DNA of 23,794 nt from Planctomycetia bacterium (lineage in GTDB: Bacteria > Planctomycetota > Planctomycetia > JALXBF01 > JBGPMX01): NCBI GenBank assembly GCA_036758585.1, contig DAIOWH010000095.1, positions 1 to 23,794 of the forward strand. The letters run 5' to 3'. A model generated the notes under the pieces. It had not been told where the DNA came from. It ran no database searches and saw only the letters and a program-made list of their open reading frames with translations. Below are positions 17,271-23,794 of this stretch, piece after piece. A program made the position numbers and the translations under genes. Within the stretch, counting starts at the first letter, position 1; each line of letters starts with the position of its first letter.

Positions 17271-18086
17271 TCACTGCCGCCGCGACTTGGCGAGCCGCAG
17301 CGCCGCACGAGCCTCGCGCTCGGCCAACTCCGCTCGCACCCGCCACGCTTCGAGCTGCGCCACGTACTGTCGCATCCAGGGCGTCAGATTCACGGAATCG
17401 ACGTACAGAGCCAATTCGGCGTTCGACTCCTTGAGGCGTCGGGCGCACAAGATGCCGAGTCCGTGGAACCCCGGAAGTTGCACCAGGTCGATCGGTTCGC
17501 TCGCTTCGCGCACGAAATCCTCGACCGCCGTGAGCACGCCGTTGCGCGGCCCGTGTTCGATCGTCGCGTTGCACAGGCCCGGATTGAATCCGCCCCGTTC
17601 GACAAGCTGCGTGGAATCCGGCCGCATGCCCTTCTTCTGATACGGATTGCGGTGCTCGGCCGGTATCGACGTCGGGTCGTAGTACAGGTCGCGTCGACCG
17701 TAGGGCCAGCCGATGTCGTGACAGAAGACGAGCGGAAACGGCCGACCGGCCGCGGTGCTCGACCGCTCGATCAGCTTCAGTTCATGATAGACCGAGTACC
17801 AGTTGTGATCTCCGTCGACCAGCGCGGCGTCGACGCTTTCGATTTGCGGCAGCGCGTCGAGGCTCTTGGCCCGATGCACGATCAATCGCCCGCCGAACTC
17901 CGTCTGCCAGCCGGCGACGTCGAACTTGGGCGCGGGATCGATCGCGTGCAGAACTGCGCCCAAGCGGCGGCACAATTCCGCGAGCCGCCGCGTGCTCTTG
18001 CCCTCCTCCGAACCGATCTCGACCACGCACGTCGGCCGCAGTCGAACGAGCAGCGGTTCGATGATCGTTTCCCAATACGGGTACAT
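17271..18086 (-). CDS. Class I SAM-dependent methyltransferase (Methyltransf_24/CmcI-like)
   Basis: CVVEIGSEEGKST (glycine-rich SAM motif I) and LVDGDHNWYSV (acidic motif). It is 22 nt downstream of hflC on the same strand. Confidence 0.7.
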   Translation of the reverse strand: MYPYWETIIEPLLVRLRPTCVVEIGSEEGKSTRRLAELCRRLGAVLHAIDPAPKFDVAGWQTEFGGRLIVHRAKSLDALPQIESVDAALVDGDHNWYSVYHELKLIERSSTAAGRPFPLVFCHDIGWPYGRRDLYYDPTSIPAEHRNPYQKKGMRPDSTQLVERGGFNPGLCNATIEHGPRNGVLTAVEDFVREASEPIDLVQLPGFHGLGILCARRLKESNAELALYVDSVNLTPWMRQYVAQLEAWRVRAELAEREARAALRLAKSRRQ

Positions 18087-18108
18087 GAGCCTCCCAATCG
18101 CTCGCAGT

Positions 18109-19011
18109 TTACGGCTGATCGCGCATGATGGTCAGGTCGACGTCCTGGCCGCGGTCGATGATCAGCTTCGCGCGAAAGCGGGGCACGATCTCGGCGATGG
18201 TTTCGAGGTACATGCGCGCGGCGGCGACCGCCGGCGCCTTGCGATACTCGTAGAGCAAGGCGACGAACCGTTCGGCCTCGCTGCGCGCCAGGTCGACGGC
18301 CCGCGCGTGCTCGGCCCGCGCGCGGTCGGTCCGCTGTTGCGACTCGCTGCGGGCCTGGGCCAGCTTCTCGTTCGCGTAGGTCTTGGCCTCCAGCACCAGT
18401 CGCTCGCGATCGCTGCGGGCCGACGCGGCGCGAGTGAATGCGTCGACGACCTGCGGCGGCGGCGAGAGTTCCGTAAGGCTGACCGAGCGGACCTCGACGC
18501 CCATCTCATACCGCCTCAGATTCTGCTCCAGCGTGTCCTTGATCAAAATCGCCAGTGCATCCTTGCCGCTGGTCAGCACCGAGTCGATGGACTTGCCCGC
18601 CAGCGTCGTCGACGCCGCCGACTCGGCCGCGCGCGTAATGACCTCGGCCGGATCGGCCAGCGAGAAGAGGTATCGCGTCGGGTCGGTGATGGTGTACTGC
18701 ACCGTTGCTTCGACGATCACCAGGTTCTGGTCGCCCGTCAGGAACTGGGCCAGCGACGGCGCGAGCGACGGACCGATCGCGCGATCGGTCGCGCGGTCGC
18801 CGATCTTCACGGTCTTGGTCTCGCTCGGCTTCACCAGATCGACGCGATCGAGGCCCCAGGGCAGCCCGATGTGCAGGCCCGGTTCGGCATGCTCGTCGAT
18901 GACCGCGCCGAAGCGGCGCACGACCGCTCGCTCGTCCGTGCCGACTGTGTAGATGCCGGTCGCAAGGTAGGCGATCGCACCGGCGATCACTGCCGCGACG
19001 AACCATTTCAT
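18109..19011 (-). CDS. hflC: SPFH/band-7 protein, HflC-like (short N-terminus, one TM, periplasmic SPFH domain, C-terminal coiled coil)
   Basis: MKWFVAAVIAGAIAYLATGIY TM helix, then RAVVRRFGAV...GLHIGLPWGLDRV SPFH start. GGAGG RBS. The ATG overlaps the hflK stop (ATGA at 19008-19011). Confidence 0.85.
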   Translation of the reverse strand: MKWFVAAVIAGAIAYLATGIYTVGTDERAVVRRFGAVIDEHAEPGLHIGLPWGLDRVDLVKPSETKTVKIGDRATDRAIGPSLAPSLAQFLTGDQNLVIVEATVQYTITDPTRYLFSLADPAEVITRAAESAASTTLAGKSIDSVLTSGKDALAILIKDTLEQNLRRYEMGVEVRSVSLTELSPPPQVVDAFTRAASARSDRERLVLEAKTYANEKLAQARSESQQRTDRARAEHARAVDLARSEAERFVALLYEYRKAPAVAAARMYLETIAEIVPRFRAKLIIDRGQDVDLTIMRDQP

Positions 19012-20339
19012 GGCTTGCCCTCCGTGTTGCCGCCGCCGGGCGGGCCGCTGCTTGCCGGGCCGGCGCCGTTGGCGGCCGGCGCGGACTGTTTGGCCGGCGG
19101 CTTGGTCGAGGTCGCGGCGGGATGGCCGTCGGTCAGGAGTCGCAGCAGGTTCGATTCGGACGAGAGCACGATGGTGGTCTTTTCGTTCAGGATCGCGCGA
19201 TAGGTTTCGAGCGTCTTCAGGAACTGGTAGAACTCGGGGTCCTGACTGTGCGCGGCGTTGGCGATGCGCATGGCCTGGGCCTCGCCCTCGCCGCGGATGC
19301 GTTCGGCGTCGGCGGCCGCCTTGGCCAGTATCTCGGCGCGCTCGGTGTCGGCAAGGCTGCGTATCTTGTCGGCCTCACTCTTGCCCTCGTCGCGATACTT
19401 CTTGGCGACGCCCTGGCGCTCGGCCCGAATCATCTCGAAGATCGCCGGCTTCACCGCTTCGGGATGATTGAACCGCTTGATCCGCACGTCCACGATCTCG
19501 ATGCCGAACTGATCGAGTGCATCGCGGCGAATCTGCTCGGTCAGCTCGCGCATCAGCCGATCAAGCCCGATGTCCTTGGGGTCAAGGCTGACGAACTCAG
19601 CGAGACTCATTTCTCCGACCCGGGCCTTGAGCATCGAGTCGATGCGTTCGCGCAGCCGGTCTTGAGCGGCCGGGATGCTGCCGACCGAGAGCACGAAACG
19701 CAACACGCCCTTTTTGAAATCGGCGTTGGCCTTCGCGGTCGGGATGCGCCAGCAGACGTACCAATCGACCGAGAGCGGCGGGCCGCCGAGACTGGCTCGC
19801 GACCGTGCGTCGCCCGCCGCCTGGCCGATCTGCGGCCGATCGCGCGTGAGCATGGTGCTGCCGGGCGGGCTGTACATTTGCAGCCGCCGATCCAGCCGCC
19901 GCACGCTCTGATACGGCAGCTTGAAACCCAACCCCGGCTCGACGCACAACCGGACCGGCCTGCCGAATTCCAGGACGTAGACATACTCGGTCTGGTCCAC
20001 AAAGAAACACGCCGACCAAGCGACGAGGCCGACGAGACCCGCCGTCACGCATGTCACAACCGCCCGCTTGATCGAGCCGCCTCGGCCGGGGCCGTGCACG
20101 TGGGAGTGGTCGTGGTGATGGTGGTCGTGACCGCCGTCGTGCGAATGGCTATGTGCATGGTCGTGATCGTGATCGTGGTCATGATCGTGATGGCCGTGAC
20201 CATGGTCGTGTGCGTGGCTGTGCGGGTGGCTGTGTCCGTGCGAATGGCCATGATTGTGGTCATGGTTGTGGCTGTGCCCATGAGATTCGCTCGGGGCGTG
20301 CGAGTGATCGTGCTCGTGCTTGTCGGATTCGTTGTGCAT
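19008..20339 (-). CDS. hflK: SPFH/band-7 protein, HflK-like, with ~80-aa His/Asp/Ser-rich N-terminal cytoplasmic tail
   Basis: Residues 1-82 are HxHx repeats (HEHDHSHAPSESHGHSHNHDHNHGHSHGHSHPHSHAHDHGHGHHDHDHDHDHDHAHSHSHDGGHDHHHHDHSHVH). A TM helix follows (AVVTCVTAGLVGLVAWSACFF), then the SPFH domain (YVYVLEFGRPV...EPGLGFKLPY) and a Lys/Ala/Glu-rich coiled coil. Confidence 0.85.
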   Translation of the reverse strand: MHNESDKHEHDHSHAPSESHGHSHNHDHNHGHSHGHSHPHSHAHDHGHGHHDHDHDHDHDHAHSHSHDGGHDHHHHDHSHVHGPGRGGSIKRAVVTCVTAGLVGLVAWSACFFVDQTEYVYVLEFGRPVRLCVEPGLGFKLPYQSVRRLDRRLQMYSPPGSTMLTRDRPQIGQAAGDARSRASLGGPPLSVDWYVCWRIPTAKANADFKKGVLRFVLSVGSIPAAQDRLRERIDSMLKARVGEMSLAEFVSLDPKDIGLDRLMRELTEQIRRDALDQFGIEIVDVRIKRFNHPEAVKPAIFEMIRAERQGVAKKYRDEGKSEADKIRSLADTERAEILAKAAADAERIRGEGEAQAMRIANAAHSQDPEFYQFLKTLETYRAILNEKTTIVLSSESNLLRLLTDGHPAATSTKPPAKQSAPAANGAGPASSGPPGGGNTEGKP

Positions 20340-20363
20340 GCGATTCTCAGTAGGCGCGTTGAA

Positions 20364-23300
20364 CTACTGATCCAGTTCCATCGGCGGCGTCGCGACCGGT
20401 GCGGCGGCGGCGGGGAGCCGGATGTTGAACTTATCGGGGTCGGCCAGGAAGAGCTGCCGGCGACCGGCGGCGGCCGGATCGAGCACCAGCTTGTCCTTGT
20501 CGGCGAGTGTGGCCTCGATCGCGTTCAGGTAGAGCCGCAGGCTGGAGATCGCCGGCCAATCGGCGTAGGCGGCGCGTCGCATCGAAAACGCCGCCGCATC
20601 GCCCTCGGCCCGGTACGTCTGATCGGCCGCCCGCGCCTTGGCCGCGGCCAGTTCGCTCGACGCCTCGCCGCTCAGGTCCGGTTTCAGTTCGGCCCAGACC
20701 GCGTCCGTCACCTGGCCATCGTGCCGCGCGAGTCGTTCGGCGGCGGCGGCGCCGGCGACCGTGATGATTTGCTGCTGAAAGTAAGCGTCGGCCTCCTTCT
20801 GCATGCGCTCACGGTCCTTGAACGCGCTCGAAACGTCGTGGAAGGCGTCGACGACTTGCAGCGGCGGGTGCACATCCTGCAGCGCGACGGCACGGACGTC
20901 GACGCCGAGTCGGTAGTCATCGGTGCGTTGTTGCAGTAGCGACCGGGCCTCGCGCTCGATCTCGGCGCGCTCAGCGGTCAGGATATTCCAGAACGCTCGC
21001 CGCGCGGCCAGTTCGCGCAGCACGCCCTCGGCCAGCGACTTGACGACCGAGTCGGGATCGCGCACCTCGAAGAGATATCGCACGATGTCGGCGTCGCCGC
21101 GCCGCACGCTGAACTGCACCACTGCGTTCAGCTCGAGCAGGTTCTCGTCGCCCGTGAAGAGCAGCGACTCGTCCTCGACCCGTTCGATCAGTCCCTCGCG
21201 ATGCGTGCTGGTCCACTCGATCGGCCGCGCCCCTTGGAACGACTCGTCGGTCCGCGTGCGAAACCCCAGTTCGGCCACGCGCACGCGGTCGGGCGCGAAT
21301 CGCTCGACCGTCTCCCACGGCCGCGGCAGCCGGAAGTGCAGGCCCGGCTCGAGCGCGGCGATGAACCCGCCGCAACGTTTCACGACGCCGACCTCGTCGA
21401 GGTCCACTACCGTGACGCCCATCGCCCAGTAGCCGATCACGGCCGCAACCGCCGCCCACGTCGCGGCCGCTCGCGGTTTGCGCACGGCCCAACGGACGGG
21501 CTGTAGCAGCGGATCGAGCGCGGCGCCTGCGCGGCGGGCCAGTTCGCACGCCTGCGATTCGAACCGACCGGCCGCCGATCGTTCCCAGCGCTCGAACCAG
21601 AGCAGGCGCATCGCATTGACCAGCACGAGAAACGAACCGATCTGGTGGTAGATCGCCGCGCCGACCGGGCCCAGCCGTTCCGCCGCAGCGAGCACGATCG
21701 CGACGCCGTTGACGACGAACGCGAACAGCACGATGTTCTGCCGAATCACCCGCACGGTCGCGCGGCTGAGCCGCACCAGGCCGGGCAGCGGGGCGAGCGG
21801 GTCGCCCATCAGGACCAAATCGCCCGCCTCGGCCGCGATGTCGCTGCCCACGCCGCCGAGCGCCAGCCCGACGTCGGCCGATGCCAGCGCGGGAGCGTCG
21901 TTCACGCCGTCGCCGATCATGGCGATGGGAACGCGAGAGGATAGAGGATAGAGGATGGAGGATGGAGGATGGAGGATGGAGGATTGCGCAGAAGCGGTCG
22001 GAGTGTCGTTGCGCGATCCTCGATCCTCTATCCTCGATCCTCTACCATCAACCCTCCTCTTGATCCACTCGGCCTTCTCTTGCGGCAGCAACTCGGCGTG
22101 GAACTCGTCGATGCCGACGGCGCAAGCGACGGCCTCGGCGGCCGGCCGGCGGTCGCCCGTGAGTAGGACGATCTCATCGATGCCGAGGTGTCGCAGCTCG
22201 CCAAGCACGTCGACGGCACCGGCCCGGATCGTGTCGCGCGCGCCGACGAGGCCGATGACGCGGCCGTCGAGCGCGACGGCGAGCGGCGTCTGGCCGGCCG
22301 CGTCGAGTCGCGCGAAGGCCGCGGTAACCTCGTCATCCAGCGTGACGCCCTGCTGCTCAAGCAACCGTCGGTTGCCGACGCAAATCAGAGATTGCTGATT
22401 GCTGATCGCCGATTGCTGATCGCTGACGGTTGACGTCTGACCGCTCGTCCGCGCGACAACTCCTGCGCCGGGGTGGGCCGTGAACTCATCGACGGAGGGC
22501 AGCACGAGTGCGCGTTTGGCGGCCTCGGCGACGATCAAACGACCCAACAGATGTTCGCTACGCGACTCGGCAGCCGCGGCGATCGCGAGCACCTCGTCGG
22601 CCGAGCGCTCGGCGAGCGGGATGACGTCGCCGAGTTGCAGCTTGCCTTCGGTCAATGTGCCGGTCTTGTCAAAGGCGATCGCGCGGACGTGGGCAAGGCG
22701 CTCGAGTGCGGCACCGCCCTTGATCAGGACGCCGCGCCGGGCCAGCCACGCCAACGCGGCCATGATTGCGGCGGGGGTCGCCAGAATCAGCGCGCACGGG
22801 CACGCGACGACCAGCACCGCGAGCGTCGGCATCCAATCGGCGCTCGTCAGGTCCGACCAAGGAGTACCCCAGGTCGTGTAGACCATCGTGCCGGCGGCAC
22901 TCGCGAGCACGACCGGCAGGAACACGCGGGCGAGCCGGTCGGCGATGCGTTCGATCGGCGCCTTGTTCTCTTGCGCCTCGGCGACCAGCTCGATCACCTG
23001 AGCGAGCGTTGTGTCCTCGCCGACCTTGTCGGCCCGCACTTCGAGCGCGCCGAACTGGTTCAGCGTGCCGGCGAAGACCATATCGCCCGCGGCCTTGTCC
23101 ACCGGCACACTCTCGCCAGTAAGCGTGCTCTGGTCCACGGCCGACTGGCCGCCGAGCACCGAGCCGTCGATCGGGACTCGTTCGCCGGGCCGCACCACCA
23201 CGCGCTCGCCGACGTTCAGTTCCGTGATGGCCACGTCGACCTCGTGGCCGTCGCGCAGCACGTGGGCCACGCGCGGTTGCAGTTCCAGGATGCGGCTCAT

Positions 23301-23693
23301 CTCGCGATGCGTGCGGGCGAACGTGATCGCTTCGAGCGATTCGCCGACCATCGCGATGAAGACGACTTCGGCGCCGACCCAGTACTCGCCCAGGATCAGC
23401 GACGCGAGCAGCGCGATGGCCAGCGCGAGGTCCGCTCCCACGTTGCCATCGAACAGCGCAAGCAGCGCCCCGTAGACGATCCGCGCCCCGCCGATCACGG
23501 CCGCGGCGAACGCGAGGTCGAGCCAGCCGAACGGCCGATCTGGCCCGGTGTAACCGAACGCCGCGAGAACGAGGTGTGCGCCGATCAGCACGCCGAGCAG
23601 GATCGTCAGCGCGTACAGTCCCCGAAACGACGGCAGTCGCAGTGCGTCTTCCGGGTCTATCTTGTGCTGCATGTGCATCGGACGGGTACCCAC
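20364..23693 (-). CDS. Fusion protein: CPC-type P1B heavy-metal-translocating P-type ATPase (aa 1-~700, no N-terminal HMA domain) + linker with extra TM helix + C-terminal HflK/C-like SPFH domain (last ~347 aa)
   Basis: One uninterrupted 1109-codon frame. ATPase motifs: TGESVPV (actuator), VVACPCALILATP (TM6 CPC), FDKTGTLT (phosphorylation site), MIGDGVNDAPALA (hinge). The junction is near nt 21596 (…NAMRLLW|FERWERS…). A TM helix AAATWAAVAAVIGYWAMGV follows, then the SPFH domain (GVVKRCGGFIAALEPGLHFRLP…QVVDAFHDVSSAFKDRER…). The stop lies 24 nt upstream of hflK. Confidence 0.8.
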   Translation of the reverse strand: MGTRPMHMQHKIDPEDALRLPSFRGLYALTILLGVLIGAHLVLAAFGYTGPDRPFGWLDLAFAAAVIGGARIVYGALLALFDGNVGADLALAIALLASLILGEYWVGAEVVFIAMVGESLEAITFARTHREMSRILELQPRVAHVLRDGHEVDVAITELNVGERVVVRPGERVPIDGSVLGGQSAVDQSTLTGESVPVDKAAGDMVFAGTLNQFGALEVRADKVGEDTTLAQVIELVAEAQENKAPIERIADRLARVFLPVVLASAAGTMVYTTWGTPWSDLTSADWMPTLAVLVVACPCALILATPAAIMAALAWLARRGVLIKGGAALERLAHVRAIAFDKTGTLTEGKLQLGDVIPLAERSADEVLAIAAAAESRSEHLLGRLIVAEAAKRALVLPSVDEFTAHPGAGVVARTSGQTSTVSDQQSAISNQQSLICVGNRRLLEQQGVTLDDEVTAAFARLDAAGQTPLAVALDGRVIGLVGARDTIRAGAVDVLGELRHLGIDEIVLLTGDRRPAAEAVACAVGIDEFHAELLPQEKAEWIKRRVDGRGSRIEDRGSRNDTPTASAQSSILHPPSSILYPLSSRVPIAMIGDGVNDAPALASADVGLALGGVGSDIAAEAGDLVLMGDPLAPLPGLVRLSRATVRVIRQNIVLFAFVVNGVAIVLAAAERLGPVGAAIYHQIGSFLVLVNAMRLLWFERWERSAAGRFESQACELARRAGAALDPLLQPVRWAVRKPRAAATWAAVAAVIGYWAMGVTVVDLDEVGVVKRCGGFIAALEPGLHFRLPRPWETVERFAPDRVRVAELGFRTRTDESFQGARPIEWTSTHREGLIERVEDESLLFTGDENLLELNAVVQFSVRRGDADIVRYLFEVRDPDSVVKSLAEGVLRELAARRAFWNILTAERAEIEREARSLLQQRTDDYRLGVDVRAVALQDVHPPLQVVDAFHDVSSAFKDRERMQKEADAYFQQQIITVAGAAAAERLARHDGQVTDAVWAELKPDLSGEASSELAAAKARAADQTYRAEGDAAAFSMRRAAYADWPAISSLRLYLNAIEATLADKDKLVLDPAAAGRRQLFLADPDKFNIRLPAAAAPVATPPMELDQ
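21937..22056. repeat. 120-nt palindromic heptamer-repeat element inside the ATPase CDS (7 x 'gaggatN', 29-nt spacer, 6 x inverted 'NatcctC')
   Basis: Read directly. It is in-frame: it encodes GRGSRIEDRGSRNDTPTASAQSSILHPPSSILYPLSS between the LPQEKAEWIKRRVDG and VPIAMIGDGVNDAP blocks, which are contiguous in ordinary P1B ATPases. Confidence 0.75.
22390..22424. repeat. Heptanucleotide tandem repeat (gattgct gattgct gatcgcc gattgct gatcgct) inside the ATPase CDS
   Basis: Read directly. It encodes the low-complexity VSDQQSAISNQQS insert in the nucleotide-binding domain (…GAGVVARTSGQTST[VSDQQSAISNQQS]LICVGNRRLL…). Confidence 0.55.
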
Positions 23694-23794
23694 AGCGGCA
23701 GTTCCAAGCTAGGGGCGACCGTGGGTGAAGTCAAGCTGAAGAAAAGGTTCTTCCGGGTCTGGAGTGGCTGATTGATCGCGGTTGGTGTGTGCGG

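Noticed and set aside
20090-20340. Short ORFs in the cac/gac-repeat DNA (20054-20281(-) 'TATTMTTIMA…', 20153-20353(+))
   Set aside because: They are frame artefacts of the codon-repeat DNA that encodes the HflK His-rich tail. The HflK frame is the only one continuous with a real domain.

Overview
This is a high-GC (~65-70%) bacterial chromosomal window. The gene content looks Planctomycetota-like (inference): a TAT-signal Gfo/Idh/MocA oxidoreductase, a PF12831-type FAD oxidoreductase, DUF4058 and Uma2 proteins, and a xylose-isomerase-like TIM barrel. I support about 22 protein-coding genes, mostly housekeeping or transport: efp, a LOG-family hydrolase, a DAACS symporter, an MFS transporter, SppA and a CBS-pair protein. 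There is a decayed patch at 12.4-14.1 kb with a truncated gamma-glutamyltranspeptidase fragment, a TAT-signal fragment and a 3 x 44-bp tandem palindromic repeat. There is also a ~310-bp inverted-repeat-rich non-coding element at 7.23-7.55 kb. The most unusual content is a co-directional minus-strand module at 17.3-23.7 kb. It contains one continuous 1109-aa ORF fusing a CPC-type P1B heavy-metal ATPase, which has no N-terminal metal-binding domain, to a C-terminal HflK/C-like SPFH domain. Next comes an HflK paralog with a ~80-residue poly-His/Asp N-terminal tail, then HflC, a SAM methyltransferase and a small exported protein. SppA lies just downstream. The fusion gene carries two in-frame heptanucleotide-repeat insertions. 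One is a 120-nt palindromic element in the ATPase hinge. No rRNA, tRNA or CRISPR array was recognised. Large antisense ORFs in the six-frame track are GC-driven shadows.
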